From NCBI GenBank assembly GCA_031367385.1, contig JANLPS010000327.1, positions 1 through 63,301 on the forward strand: a stretch of DNA of 63,301 nucleotides, read 5' to 3'. Source of the stretch: Archangium sp. (GTDB lineage: Bacteria > Myxococcota > Myxococcia > Myxococcales > Myxococcaceae). The position numbers were made by a program, and so were the translations under genes. The notes below the pieces were generated by a model that saw only the letters and a program-made list of their open reading frames with translations, was not told the origin of the DNA and made no database searches. Shown here one piece after another: positions 40,694 to 53,881 of this stretch (its first letter is position 1; each line of letters begins with the position of its first letter).

Positions 40694-42370
40694 TCAACGC
40701 ATCGAGACCCGACCGCCGAGCGCCTTGGCTTGCTCGAGCAAAGAAAGAAACTCGGTGCGCTCGGCGTCACCCGGCCGGGTCGCTCCGGCGGCGATTTGGC
40801 GCACGAGCTCGTAGCTCCAGCCCGCGGCTTCGGGCGAACGACGGAAGATCTCGGCCGCTCCCATCACCGAAGTGGCGAAGCGGAAGTCGGAGGAAGCTTC
40901 AGCGAAGGCAGCGGCGAGGTTTGCCCTCGAAAAGACGAACGATTTCTCGTCGGCCGCCCACCCGCGCGGCGCTTTGGCGCGGAGGCGAACGGTTGCGAGG
41001 CCATCGCCTGCCCCTGCTTTGAGCTCGAGCTCGTACAGGGCCGTGACTCGATGACCCGACCCCACTTCACCCGCGTCGACCTTGTCATTTCTAAAATCGA
41101 GGTCGGCAAGGTCGCGGTTCTCGTAGCCGATAAGGCGGTAGCCAGCGACCTGCGCGGGGTCGAAGTCAACTTGGAGCTTCACGTCTTGCGCGATGACCTC
41201 GAGCGTCGAGCCGAGCTCCTCGACGAAGATGCGTTTCGCGGCAAGGAGTGAGTCGACGTAGAAATGATTGCCATTCCCTTTGTCGGCGAACTGCTCCATC
41301 AGCTCTGAGCGGTAGTTGCCCATGCCGAAACCGACCGTAGTGACGGTGACTCCTTCTTTCACGTGACCCTGAATGAGCTGGAGGAGCTGCTCGTGCGACG
41401 TGGCCCCGACGTTCGCGTCACCGTCAGACAAAATCAGCACCCGCGAAATCGACTTCGAGTCGAGCACCTTGACGGCTTGTTGGTACGCCAGCTCGATGCC
41501 AGAGCCCATGGCCGTGCTGCCGTTGGCCGTGAGATCTTCAATCGCTGCGTGAATCTGCGCCTTGTGGCCCAGGCTCGTGTGCGGGAGCACCAGACGCACG
41601 GCTCCCGCGTAAGTCACGAGCGCAACGGTGTCACCGTCGTGCAGTTGGTCAACGAGCATGCGGAGTGCCCGCTTGGCCAGCGGCAATCGCTCCGGTGAGG
41701 CCATCGAACCGCTCACGTCGACCAGAAAAGTGAGATGCGCGGGCTTGCGCTCGGAGAGGTCGAGTGTGCGGCCCTGAACTCCGACGCGCAACAGCACGCG
41801 GCCGGCGTTGAATGGCGAAGGCGCTGCATCCATCGTGACGCCGAGCGGGGTTCTCTTGGCTGGTTGCGGGTAGCTGTACTTGAAATAGTTGAGCCACTCT
41901 TCGACGCGCACCAATTGAGGTGAAGGGAGCGCTCCGCGAAGCAGCTGAGCGCGAGCCAGGGTGTACGACGCGGTGTCGACGTCGGCCGCGAACGTCGAGA
42001 GGTGATCATTCGCGGTCAACGTCCACGCATTGGTGGGAGCTGGGCCCTGCCCAGTCGGCAGCTCGGCCAGCTCTTCGAACGGCGGAGCAGCGGCCGCCAA
42101 CGATTCAAATGAACGGACCCCACTCGCCGTCGGCCGCAGGAATGGAACGTTGTTGATGAACTCTTTACCGACTGTGACACCCGAGGTCGTCGAGCCAACG
42201 TCAACCGTCGGCGGGCGGCCGGCCGTGAGCGTGGTGGCAGTCTCCTCGCCCGTGCTTTGAGGCGCACCAAGCGGGGTCGTCTGGGCGCGCGATTCTACCC
42301 GCTGCGAAGGCCTGATCAGGCCGCATGACGACCCAACGAGCAGAGCAGCGAGCGCAAAACGTTTGAGCAT
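40694..42370 (-). CDS. VWA domain lipoprotein (YfbK/DUF3520 type)
   Basis: STFAADVDTASY, VRVEEWLNYF, MIDAS DVSGSM, SDGDANVG, YRLIGYENR, DAGEVGSGH. Confidence 0.92.
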   Translation of the reverse strand: MLKRFALAALLVGSSCGLIRPSQRVESRAQTTPLGAPQSTGEETATTLTAGRPPTVDVGSTTSGVTVGKEFINNVPFLRPTASGVRSFESLAAAAPPFEELAELPTGQGPAPTNAWTLTANDHLSTFAADVDTASYTLARAQLLRGALPSPQLVRVEEWLNYFKYSYPQPAKRTPLGVTMDAAPSPFNAGRVLLRVGVQGRTLDLSERKPAHLTFLVDVSGSMASPERLPLAKRALRMLVDQLHDGDTVALVTYAGAVRLVLPHTSLGHKAQIHAAIEDLTANGSTAMGSGIELAYQQAVKVLDSKSISRVLILSDGDANVGATSHEQLLQLIQGHVKEGVTVTTVGFGMGNYRSELMEQFADKGNGNHFYVDSLLAAKRIFVEELGSTLEVIAQDVKLQVDFDPAQVAGYRLIGYENRDLADLDFRNDKVDAGEVGSGHRVTALYELELKAGAGDGLATVRLRAKAPRGWAADEKSFVFSRANLAAAFAEASSDFRFATSVMGAAEIFRRSPEAAGWSYELVRQIAAGATRPGDAERTEFLSLLEQAKALGGRVSMR

Positions 42371-42438
42371 GGGTAATCTCCGTCGCAGAAACGAAGCAGC
42401 CGACTGGCCATATCGCGCATGGGTGCACTGCCCGCCGC

Positions 42439-42510
42439 AGGGGCCCAGTTTCGCGCGGGCACCTCCCACGACCTGATGACCTACTCGGTGCTGCGCTCTG
42501 ACCTGACGGC
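42439..42510 (+). repeat. 72-bp direct repeat, copy 2 (orphan GNAT 3' end)
   Basis: Matches 40595-40666; continues in frame as ...DLTASKT to TAG at 42521-42523. Confidence 0.95.
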
Positions 42511-42519
42511 GTCGAAGAC

Positions 42520-44445
42520 TTAGACGTCGAGCTGCTGAACGTCTCCGGCGCGCTCCATGATGAACTGAAAGCGGGCGGCGACGTCTTTGCCGAGCAGATC
42601 GTTGATGGTGCGATCGGTCTCGAGCTCGTTGTCGATCATCACCTTGAGCGAGATGCGACGCGCGGGGTCGAGCGTGGTGGCCTTGAGGTCGTCGGCGGTC
42701 ATCTCACCGAGGCCCTTGAAGCGCATCACGTTCGGCTTGGCGTTGCCCTTGGTCTTCTCTTTGATGATCTGATCTTTCTCTTCATCGTCGAGCGCCCAGT
42801 AGGTCTCTTTGCCGATATCGACCCGGTACAGCGGAGGCTGCGCGATGAAGATGTGCCCACCCTGAATCAGCTTCTTCATCTGCCGGTAGAAGAAGGTGAG
42901 CAGCAAGGTCGAGATGTGCTGACCGTCTGAGTCTGCGTCCATCAGCAAGAAGATCTTGCCGTAGCGGAGCTTGGTCGGGTCGGTGTCGAGCCCGATGCCA
43001 CAGCCGAGCGCACTGGCGATGTCTTGGAGCTCTTTGTTGCCGGCGACCTTGTCAGTCGACGCCTGCTCGGCGTTGAGCACCTTGCCGCGCAACGGCAGAA
43101 TCGCCTGGGTGCGACGGTCGCGGCCCTGCTTCGCCGAGCCGCCTGCTGAATCGCCTTCGACGATGAACAGCTCGCTGACGTTGGGGTCATTCGACGAACA
43201 ATCGGCCAACTTGCCCGGCAGATTCAGGTGTCGAACCGGTGACTTGCGAATCACCGCCGCCGACGCCGCGCGAGACGCTTCACGGGCCCGGGCCGCCAAG
43301 ATGATGCGGGCGATGACCGACTCGGCGATCGACTTGTTGTCGTTGAGCCACTTCTCGAGCGCGGGCCTGACCACGCTGTCGACCTGGCCCTGCACCTCGG
43401 CGTTGTTGAGGCGCTCTTTGGTCTGGCCCTGAAACTGGGGCTCGACCACGTAGGTGCTCAGAATACAGGTCACGCCTTCGCGAATGTCATCGGCGGTGAG
43501 GGTGACGCCCTTGGGCTCGAGGCCGTGGGTCTCGATGTAGTTGCGTACCGCTTTGACCACGCCCGACTTGAGGCCCGCCTCGTGCGTGCCCCCGTTCTTG
43601 GTGGGTATGCCGTTGACGTAGCTCTTGACGTACTCCTCGGTCGACTCCGTCCACGCGAGGGTGACTTCGAGGCGAATGCCGTTCTCGTGCTGCTTGTAGA
43701 ACGGGGTCGCGCCCATCGGCACGATCGACTTGCCACGGTCGGTGATGACCTTGGTGATGTACTCGGCGATGCCGCCGTCGTGCTTGAAGGTGCTTGAGAC
43801 CTTGGGCGACTGGGTCTCGTCGGTGAAGACGACCTCCATGCCCTTGTGCAGGTAGCTCTTCGACTCGAGGCGCTCGCGAATCTCTTCGGCGTTGAACTTC
43901 TGTTTGTTGCCGAAGATCTCGGTGTCGGGCGTGAAGGTGATGGTGGTACCGGTGCCGCGGGCGTTGGCGAGCACTTTGAGCTTCGAGGTCGCCTTGCCCT
44001 GGCTGAACTTCTGCTCGTACAACTTGCCGTCGCGCTTGACGTGAACGATCATCTCGCTCGAGAGCGCGTTGACCACCGAGCTGCCGACGCCGTGCAAGCC
44101 GCCAGAGTGCACGTAGTTCTCTTTCTCGAACTTACCGCCTGAGTGCAGCACGGTGAGAATGACCTCGAGCGCCGGCTTCTTGTACTTCGGCATGATGTCG
44201 ACGGGTATGCCGCGACCGTCGTCGTACACGGTGACCGAGCTGCCGCCCTTGTGCAGGGTGACCTCGATGCGCGAGGCGTGGCCGTTGATGACCTCGTCGA
44301 CCGAGTTGTCGACGATTTCCCACAAGAGGTGGTGGTAGCCGGTGGCGTCGGTGCCGCCGATGTACATGGCTGGTCGCTTGCGAACCGGCTCGAGGCCCTC
44401 GAGCACTTGAATCTGACTCGCGTCGTAATTCTTCTTCGCAGCCAT
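42520..44445 (-). CDS. parE: Type IIA topoisomerase subunit B (topoisomerase IV ParE-like)
   Basis: [45 protein letters not shown]; 641 aa. Confidence 0.85.
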   Translation of the reverse strand: MAAKKNYDASQIQVLEGLEPVRKRPAMYIGGTDATGYHHLLWEIVDNSVDEVINGHASRIEVTLHKGGSSVTVYDDGRGIPVDIMPKYKKPALEVILTVLHSGGKFEKENYVHSGGLHGVGSSVVNALSSEMIVHVKRDGKLYEQKFSQGKATSKLKVLANARGTGTTITFTPDTEIFGNKQKFNAEEIRERLESKSYLHKGMEVVFTDETQSPKVSSTFKHDGGIAEYITKVITDRGKSIVPMGATPFYKQHENGIRLEVTLAWTESTEEYVKSYVNGIPTKNGGTHEAGLKSGVVKAVRNYIETHGLEPKGVTLTADDIREGVTCILSTYVVEPQFQGQTKERLNNAEVQGQVDSVVRPALEKWLNDNKSIAESVIARIILAARAREASRAASAAVIRKSPVRHLNLPGKLADCSSNDPNVSELFIVEGDSAGGSAKQGRDRRTQAILPLRGKVLNAEQASTDKVAGNKELQDIASALGCGIGLDTDPTKLRYGKIFLLMDADSDGQHISTLLLTFFYRQMKKLIQGGHIFIAQPPLYRVDIGKETYWALDDEEKDQIIKEKTKGNAKPNVMRFKGLGEMTADDLKATTLDPARRISLKVMIDNELETDRTINDLLGKDVAARFQFIMERAGDVQQLDV

Positions 44446-46869
<2,424 letters not shown>

Positions 46870-47031
46870 GTGTTGCGCGGTCGGAGTGGAGTGCTACAGG
46901 CTTGTGTCGCCGGCGGAAACTAGCAGCCAGAGTGCGCGTGACAAGTATTCAGAACGTGCGTGATGTGCGCCCAGCTCGCACCTGAGAATCGTGAGGCGTG
47001 CGTTTGCGTTTGGCTCAGCTAGGGTCTCACC

Positions 47032-48264
47032 GTGCTCACTCTCATGCTTGTGGTGTTGGCCGCTCCCGCAGGAGCCGCCCCGGCGCAAACGAATCTGGCG
47101 AACCGCGCGGCTGTCTTCACCGTCGCGAAAGAAGGCGTCGGCGATGTCAGCATCGCGCAGGCCGCGGCTGACAAGGCCCAGGCGCAGCTCGGCCAGGCGC
47201 TGAGCGAGGCGCAGGTGCCGGTGGCTGATGTGCCTGCGCTCTTCCCTACTCCGGCGCCCCCTGCGACCGCGACGAAGCTGGTCAAGGAGGGGCTCGAGGC
47301 CTTCGACAACCTCGACACCGACGTGGCGGGCAAGAAGTTTCAAGAGGCGTTGACCTTTCTCGAGCAGAACCCGGGCGCGGCCGACACCAAGACGCTGACC
47401 CAGCTGCACCTGTTCTTGGGCACCATCGCGCTGCAGGGTGGCAAGGCGGGCAAGAAGAAAGCGGCCGAAGAGCTGACCCGCGCCGCGGTGCTCGACCCGA
47501 GCTACGATCTCGACCCGAAGTTCTTCGGGCCCGACGTGAAGAAAGAATTCGAGAAGGCCGTCGCCGACCTCGACAAGAAGCCCAAGGCCGAGCTGACCTT
47601 CAACTCGGTGCCCGGCGGCGCCGAGGTCTCGTTCGGCACCAAGAAGCTGGGGCAGACGCCGATTACGAAGCCGGTGGCGGTCGTGCCGGGGCGGCATCTG
47701 GTGACGTTCATGCACCCCGGCTACGAAATCGCCGGCGTGTTGGTCGACGTGACGACTGGTGAGAGCGAAGCGAAGGCCGAGCTCAAGCCGGTCGCTGCCT
47801 ATGCCGCGCAGAAGTCGAAGATGAACGACGTGCTGCCGGGCAACTTCGGAGGCAAGCAGGTGCCCAACGCCGCGGTCTCGGTGGCCGATGCGATGAAGTC
47901 TCGATTTCTGGTGGTGGCCGAGGTCGACAACAGTGGCTCAGGCAAGCTCGAGGTGTGGGACGCCGCCAAGGGCAACCGGCTCAAAGACGTGAGCCTGACC
48001 GCGGGTAAGTACGCGAGCGCCGCTGAGCAGGTGAAGAAGTTCATCGCCAACCCCTCACCGCTCGACAACTCGGTGAGCAGCGCGGGCAGTGGCAACGACA
48101 CGGTCGCGACGGTCGAGGCAGACGGCGCGAGCGAGCCCATCACCAAGAAGTGGTGGTTCTGGACGGCGATTGGCGTGGTCGTCGTCGGAGGCGCCGCGGC
48201 TGGCATCGCCGTCGCCGCGTCATCGAACGCGAACACCTACAACCCGGCGCTCGGCACGTTCTAG
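47032..48264 (+). CDS. PEGA domain protein with C-terminal membrane anchor
   Basis: SVPGGAEV...LGQTP...PGRH PEGA motif; KKWWFWTAIGVVVV tail; signal peptide. Confidence 0.85.
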   Translation: MLTLMLVVLAAPAGAAPAQTNLANRAAVFTVAKEGVGDVSIAQAAADKAQAQLGQALSEAQVPVADVPALFPTPAPPATATKLVKEGLEAFDNLDTDVAGKKFQEALTFLEQNPGAADTKTLTQLHLFLGTIALQGGKAGKKKAAEELTRAAVLDPSYDLDPKFFGPDVKKEFEKAVADLDKKPKAELTFNSVPGGAEVSFGTKKLGQTPITKPVAVVPGRHLVTFMHPGYEIAGVLVDVTTGESEAKAELKPVAAYAAQKSKMNDVLPGNFGGKQVPNAAVSVADAMKSRFLVVAEVDNSGSGKLEVWDAAKGNRLKDVSLTAGKYASAAEQVKKFIANPSPLDNSVSSAGSGNDTVATVEADGASEPITKKWWFWTAIGVVVVGGAAAGIAVAASSNANTYNPALGTF

Positions 48265-48284
48265 TCAGGCAAAGAAGGTACGGC

Positions 48285-49481
48285 ATGCGGCTCGCGTTGA
48301 TCTCGATGGTGGTTGCGGCGCAGGCGCTGGCCGCGGGAGATCACCGCATCGCGACGCTGGTCGTGCCGGTCGACAAGGCGTCGGAGCCGATGACGCTCAA
48401 GCTCGAGGGCTTCGTCGACGAGACGCTGAAGGAATTTTCGTCGCTGCAGGTGAAGACGACCGATGACCTCTTCGGGGTCGCTCCCGATGACGAGGCCGCG
48501 GCGGCGTTCAAGCGCGCCGAAGCGCTTCACGCCGAGGCCAAGAGCCTGTTCGAGGCGCGCTCGGGCGAAGAGGCCGAGAAGAAGCTGCGCGCGACCTTGA
48601 AAGACTACGCAAAGGCCGTGGCGGTGATGAAGAGCTGCGGCAAGCTCTGCGACGCGGTGGCGATGTTGGGCGCGACCATGCTCGGCCGCGGAGACACCGA
48701 AGAGGCCAAGTTCGTCATTCTCGACCTGCTCGCGCTGGGTGGCCCCGACCTCGATCGCAAACGTTTTCCCGCTGAGTTTCTCTCGCTCAAGGCTCAGGTC
48801 GCTGGCAGCCGCAACGCCCAGCTGCGCGGCTCCCTGGTGGTGAAGAGCCGCCCCGCTGGCGCCAGGGTGTACGTGAACGGAGACTTTCAGGGCTTCACGC
48901 CGGCATCGCTGTCGACCCTGCCGACTGGCAAGACGATGATTCGGGTCGAGCGCCCGGGCTTCAAGCAGGCTGGAGCGATGGTCGAAATCGGGCCTGAAGA
49001 TCAAGACGTATCACTCGAGCTGATCGCCACGTCAGCGTTCAAGGCTTACGACGCGCAGCTCGACAAGCTGGGCGCAGAAGGCGTCAAAGAGAAGGGCGGA
49101 GCGGCGCTGGCGGCGGCGGGTAAATCACTCAACCTCGACCGGGCGATCATCGCGGTGCTGCGTGACAACGAAGGCGCCAGCGAGCTCACGCTTGGGTACT
49201 ACGAGCTCAAGACCGGGCGGCGGCTGGGCGCGAAGCGGGCCACGTTTCATGATGATGAATACGGTCAGCTCAAGGGCGAAATCGGCCGCATGGTGACGCA
49301 GTTGGTGAACAGCGCCGAGGGTGGCGATGACAAGGTCACTCGCTCGTCTGACCCACTCGACCACAAAAGTGGCTCAGAAGATTGGAACGCCGAGGACCGC
49401 GGCGGCCGGACGACGGCGAAAGACAAGAAGAAGAAAAAGGGCGACCCGCTCGAGGGCGTGCAGGGCACCGAAGACTGGTGA
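48285..49481 (+). CDS. PEGA domain protein
   Basis: SRPAGARVYVNG...GFTP...RVERPGF; signal peptide from MRLALIS. Confidence 0.85.
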   Translation: MRLALISMVVAAQALAAGDHRIATLVVPVDKASEPMTLKLEGFVDETLKEFSSLQVKTTDDLFGVAPDDEAAAAFKRAEALHAEAKSLFEARSGEEAEKKLRATLKDYAKAVAVMKSCGKLCDAVAMLGATMLGRGDTEEAKFVILDLLALGGPDLDRKRFPAEFLSLKAQVAGSRNAQLRGSLVVKSRPAGARVYVNGDFQGFTPASLSTLPTGKTMIRVERPGFKQAGAMVEIGPEDQDVSLELIATSAFKAYDAQLDKLGAEGVKEKGGAALAAAGKSLNLDRAIIAVLRDNEGASELTLGYYELKTGRRLGAKRATFHDDEYGQLKGEIGRMVTQLVNSAEGGDDKVTRSSDPLDHKSGSEDWNAEDRGGRTTAKDKKKKKGDPLEGVQGTEDW

Positions 49482-49530
49482 CTTTGGTTATTTGAGCTGG
49501 CCCTCCGCAGCTGGGTTAGATCGTCGACCC

Positions 49531-52032
49531 ATGATGCGACTCGGGTTGCTCGCGGTGCTCTTTGGCTCGACGGTGTTGGCGCAGACCGCACAGGTCTCGA
49601 CGAACGACCTTTCTCGCGGCACCACCCTGATGCCCAACTCGGTCGCGTTCACCGACGAGGCCACCTCACTGGTCTACAACCCTGCTGGTCTCGGGCGCGT
49701 CGGCCAATTCAGCGCCGTGCTGCTTCACGAGCACAGCAACACCCGTTCAATGCAGAACACCGGCCTCTGGCTCGGGTCATCGATCACCGACATGGTGGGC
49801 GTCGGCATCGGCTTCGAGTGGCTTCGCCCGACCACCGGGTTTCAGGGCGCCAAATCGTCGCTCGGGTTTTCAGTCGGGCCACGCGCACTCTCAATCGGCA
49901 CCACCCTCAACTGGTTCTACAGCCCCACCGTCGACTTCTTCGGCCTCAACACCGGGCTCAACGGCCTGGTCAGCGCCGATCTCGGCCTGCAGTCGATGCC
50001 TGCCCGGTGGCTCTCGTTCGGCGCGATGATTCGCAACCTCAACACGCCCGCCAACGTCTTCGTCGGCTTCACCCGCGAATACACGGTCGGCTTCGGCCTG
50101 CGCCCTTTCGGAGAGCGCCTCTCCCTTGGCGTCGACTGGATCATCAACGAGCGCCTCTCTCCCCTGCTGAGCCGGCTGCAGTACACCGCCAACATCGAGC
50201 CGGTGCGTGGCATCCACGTCATTGGCGGGTTTAGCCACGCGTTCGCGGCGGGCGCTCCGGCGTTTGGGCAAGTGGCGCTGGCCCTCGACTTCGAGCACTT
50301 CGGGTACACGCAGGGCGTCTCATTCACCGCGAATCAGGCCAATTTTCAGTTCATGGGCCGCTTCTCGGCTGACAAGTACGGCACCCTGGTACCCGCGAAG
50401 AAAATCGCCGTCGTCAGCCTGGGAGACATCGGCGGCTCCGCGACCTCGACCCTCGGCTCGCTGCTCGGCGTGGTGGCCGAAGACCGCTACCTCAAGTTCA
50501 TTCGCTTTCTCGATCGCGCCGCCGACGACCCCGACCTCGCCGCGGTGGTGCTCAAGGTCGAAGGCGCCAGCGTGGGCTTCGCGCGGGCCGATGAAGTGCG
50601 CTCGGCCATCGTGCGGCTGCGCGCAAACGGCAAGAAGGTCGTCGCCTACGCCCTCTCGGTCGGAGACGCCGAGTACGTGATGACCTCGGCCTGCGACGCG
50701 ATTTATGCCGCTCCAGAGGCGATGTTCATGGTCGACGGGCTTCGCTCGAGCACCATCTTCTTCGGCGGCACCGCCGAGCTGCTCGGCATCACCGTCGACG
50801 TCGCGAGGGTCGGCAAGTACAAGAATTTCCCCGACCAATTCACGCGCCGCGACATGAGCGATGAACAGCGCGAAGCCGTGAACGCCTACCTCGACACCAC
50901 CCAGAAGACGGTGCTCGAGCGGGTCACCTCGCAGCGAAAAATCGACGCCGAGCGCTGGCAGGCCTTTCTCGACGAGGGCCTCAAGCCGATTCGAAGGGTC
51001 AAGCAGCTGGGGCTCATTGACGACGTGCTCACGCCGCCGCAGTTCGACGAGGTGGTCAAGAACCTGGTGCCCGGAGCGCTCGTCGAGCAGGGCTATCGGC
51101 CCTTCGACACCCGCACCACCCGCTGGGGCACCAAACGAGAGATCGCCATCGTGCCGGTCTTGGGCAACATCTCGGGCGGCAAGAATCAGAACTCACCGCT
51201 GGGCATCGGGCTGACCGCTGGCGCCCAGAGCTTCATCGAGGCGATCACCGAGGCGGCGAATGATGAAAACGTCGCGGCGATCGTGCTCCGCGTCGACTCG
51301 GGCGGCGGAGACGGCCTGGCCTCAGACCTGATGTACCGCGCCGTCATCGAGGCGAAGAAGAAGAAGCCGGTGGTGGCCTCGATGGGCGACGTCGCGGCCT
51401 CGGGCGGGTACTACGTGGCGATGGGGGCCGATGAGATCTGGGCTTCTCCCACCACGCTGACGGGCAGCATCGGGGTCTTCTTCGCGAAACCCGCGGTGCG
51501 CAACTTCGCCAATGGCCTGGGCGTGTTTCAAGAGAGCATCAACCGCGGCAAGAACGCCGGCATCACCGACCTCTTCGACCCGTGGACAGACGAGCAGCGC
51601 CTCGCCGCGCAGAGCTGGGTCGATGAGTTTTATGACACCTTCATCACCGAGGTCGCCGCCAGCCGAAAGCTCGACAAAGCCGCCGTCGATGCCGTTGCCA
51701 GAGGCCGCGTCTGGAGTGGAGAAGACGCCAAAGGCAAAGGCCTGGTCGACAAGATGGGCGGCCTGATGGACGCGATCTCAGCCGCGAAGGTGAAGGCCGG
51801 GTTCGCCGCCGATGACCGAGAGCTCGCGCTCAACTTCTACACCGCCAACCCGGGCCTGATGTCGACGGTGCTGTCGGCGACAGCACCCAAGGTGCTGCTC
51901 GAGCTGCCGCTGCCCTCGAGCCAATTGCCCCTGGGCCTCGACACCTTGCTCGAGCGGTTGGGCCCCGACGCCTGGTTGCTCAACAAGCCCGGGGTGCAAG
52001 CGCGCATGGAGTACTCCCTCGAGCTGAGATGA
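49531..52032 (+). CDS. sppA: Signal peptide peptidase SppA with an extra N-terminal beta-rich domain
   Basis: RVGKYK (catalytic Lys), LRVDSGGG, SMGDVAASGGYY (catalytic Ser), TGSIGV, GRVWSG. Confidence 0.9.
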   Translation: MMRLGLLAVLFGSTVLAQTAQVSTNDLSRGTTLMPNSVAFTDEATSLVYNPAGLGRVGQFSAVLLHEHSNTRSMQNTGLWLGSSITDMVGVGIGFEWLRPTTGFQGAKSSLGFSVGPRALSIGTTLNWFYSPTVDFFGLNTGLNGLVSADLGLQSMPARWLSFGAMIRNLNTPANVFVGFTREYTVGFGLRPFGERLSLGVDWIINERLSPLLSRLQYTANIEPVRGIHVIGGFSHAFAAGAPAFGQVALALDFEHFGYTQGVSFTANQANFQFMGRFSADKYGTLVPAKKIAVVSLGDIGGSATSTLGSLLGVVAEDRYLKFIRFLDRAADDPDLAAVVLKVEGASVGFARADEVRSAIVRLRANGKKVVAYALSVGDAEYVMTSACDAIYAAPEAMFMVDGLRSSTIFFGGTAELLGITVDVARVGKYKNFPDQFTRRDMSDEQREAVNAYLDTTQKTVLERVTSQRKIDAERWQAFLDEGLKPIRRVKQLGLIDDVLTPPQFDEVVKNLVPGALVEQGYRPFDTRTTRWGTKREIAIVPVLGNISGGKNQNSPLGIGLTAGAQSFIEAITEAANDENVAAIVLRVDSGGGDGLASDLMYRAVIEAKKKKPVVASMGDVAASGGYYVAMGADEIWASPTTLTGSIGVFFAKPAVRNFANGLGVFQESINRGKNAGITDLFDPWTDEQRLAAQSWVDEFYDTFITEVAASRKLDKAAVDAVARGRVWSGEDAKGKGLVDKMGGLMDAISAAKVKAGFAADDRELALNFYTANPGLMSTVLSATAPKVLLELPLPSSQLPLGLDTLLERLGPDAWLLNKPGVQARMEYSLELR

Positions 52033-52054
52033 GCGGTCTAGGCTTGGCGGGCCC

Positions 52055-53764
52055 GTGCCGCCGAGCCCGCTGATCAGCCTCTCGTGTGTACCCACGAACC
52101 CCGTGGTGGGTGACGAGCTCGAGGTCGAGGTCGCCATCGAGAGCCTGGTCGACGCCGAGCTCAAGGGCGCTTCGCTGTACTTCACCGGGGTCGAATCGAC
52201 GCTCGAGAAGAGCAGCGAAATCCGTGCGCAGCAGGGGCGCGTTCTCATCGAGCTCACCTCGGCCTTGGGCGCCCGAACGTTGAAGGCCGGGCAGCCGATT
52301 TTCTTTCAGGCCCGTTTTCAGGTGCCTCCAACCGTGTCGCCGAGCGTTCGCAGCGCGGCGATCTCGGTGACGTATGGGCTCACCGTCGCGGTCGACCTCG
52401 GGTGGCTCGCAAAGTACTCCGCACAGCTCGAGGTGAAGCTCGGAGTCGCTCCCAAACAACTCGAAGCCTACCCCGAGCTCTTCGCCAGCCTGCCCCGAGG
52501 CCCCCGCGGCACCGAGCTCAACGTCGAGGTCGCGCTCGACAGCGTGCAACTCGAGCTGGGAGGGCAGCTGCGCGGGGCGATTTCACTTCAGAACGCGCGC
52601 TACCAGTCGATCACCGCGCTCGAGCTGGTGATCTGCGGCGTGTACCGAAGCAAGCTGCGCATCGTCGACTCGATTCTGGTGCGCAGGCCACTCGCATGGG
52701 TCGACGCCCCCGAGGAGGGTACGACGTACTCCTTCGAAGACGTGCTCCCAAAGACGTGGACGCCGAGCTTTCACAGCCAAGACGCAGAGGTCTCGTGGCG
52801 GGTCGAAGCGCGGGCGATACGCCGATCGGGAGACCACGTGCTGACCACGGTGCCCTTCGTGCTCGGCACGCCGCTGACCCAGCTTGATTCGGGGCCTCCG
52901 CCGACGGGGCTGATGGCGCTGGGCAATGAACGCCGCGACCGGCTCTGGGCCGAGGTCGCCCAACGCACCGGCCTGCGCTTCGACCCCCTGCGAGAGCGAC
53001 TGCAAGGTTCGATCGGCGTGATTTCATTCGAGATTCGCGTACAGCTCTTCGAGGTCTTTCACACCGTGGTGCGGCTCTCATGGCCATCGCTGGGCATCGG
53101 CCTGCGAGTGGTCGAGCGAAAATGGCTGGCCGCCCTTCGAGACCCAGGGGTGATGCCCGACGAGCGGTTCATCGTGCACGGCCGTGCGCCCGAGCAGCCC
53201 CAGGCGTTGCTGACCGAGGCCGTGCGTGGCGAGCTGAGCCGGTACCCACGGGTCTCCCTCGACGACACCGGAGCGGAGCTCTCGAGGCCCGGCAATGGGT
53301 ATGACGGCGAGCAGCTCGAGACCTTCGTTCGGGCGCTGCTCAACACGGTGAAGGTGATGGCCGAGGCCATCGAGCGCGTGCCTCCGCCGAAGGCCCTCGA
53401 GTCACACCTGGGGGTCTGGCGCGAGGCGGCGACCCGCTTGAACGGCAGGCTGGAGGTCGGTTCGCTCTCGATTCGGGAGGTCCGCTTTCGCGAACGCGCG
53501 GTCGAGCTGGTTCACCGCCCGGGCCCCACCGGAGCCCTCGAAGGTCCGTTCGCGCGGGTGGTGCTCGCCTCAGATGTCTCCGCGCCCGAGCCCTTGCCCG
53601 AGGCCGCCCAGCGCATCGCCGACTCGGTGGCCCGCGAATGCCAGGCCTTTCGAGTCATGCCCGATGGGGTCGAAGCCACCATGCCGGGGTTGCTGGCCGA
53701 GCCCAACCGGGCCGAGACCCTGTGGCGGGCCCTGATTCGGGTGGCCGACGCCATCGAAGCCTGA
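52055..53764 (+). CDS. Hypothetical protein with arrestin/SpoOM-like beta-sandwich domains
   Basis: 569-aa ORF; F.VP....PS......V.Y.L.V pattern occurs twice. Confidence 0.6.
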   Translation: MPPSPLISLSCVPTNPVVGDELEVEVAIESLVDAELKGASLYFTGVESTLEKSSEIRAQQGRVLIELTSALGARTLKAGQPIFFQARFQVPPTVSPSVRSAAISVTYGLTVAVDLGWLAKYSAQLEVKLGVAPKQLEAYPELFASLPRGPRGTELNVEVALDSVQLELGGQLRGAISLQNARYQSITALELVICGVYRSKLRIVDSILVRRPLAWVDAPEEGTTYSFEDVLPKTWTPSFHSQDAEVSWRVEARAIRRSGDHVLTTVPFVLGTPLTQLDSGPPPTGLMALGNERRDRLWAEVAQRTGLRFDPLRERLQGSIGVISFEIRVQLFEVFHTVVRLSWPSLGIGLRVVERKWLAALRDPGVMPDERFIVHGRAPEQPQALLTEAVRGELSRYPRVSLDDTGAELSRPGNGYDGEQLETFVRALLNTVKVMAEAIERVPPPKALESHLGVWREAATRLNGRLEVGSLSIREVRFRERAVELVHRPGPTGALEGPFARVVLASDVSAPEPLPEAAQRIADSVARECQAFRVMPDGVEATMPGLLAEPNRAETLWRALIRVADAIEA

Positions 53765-53881
53765 TAGGCCCTTCGGCGTCTCGTCGTTCGGGCCGCAGTG
53801 GCCCCGGCGAGGCTCAGGGTACGCGCGGTTAGGTGACGCTTTGCAAGAGGCTCCACCCCGCGGCCGGTAACCTGCCCCACC

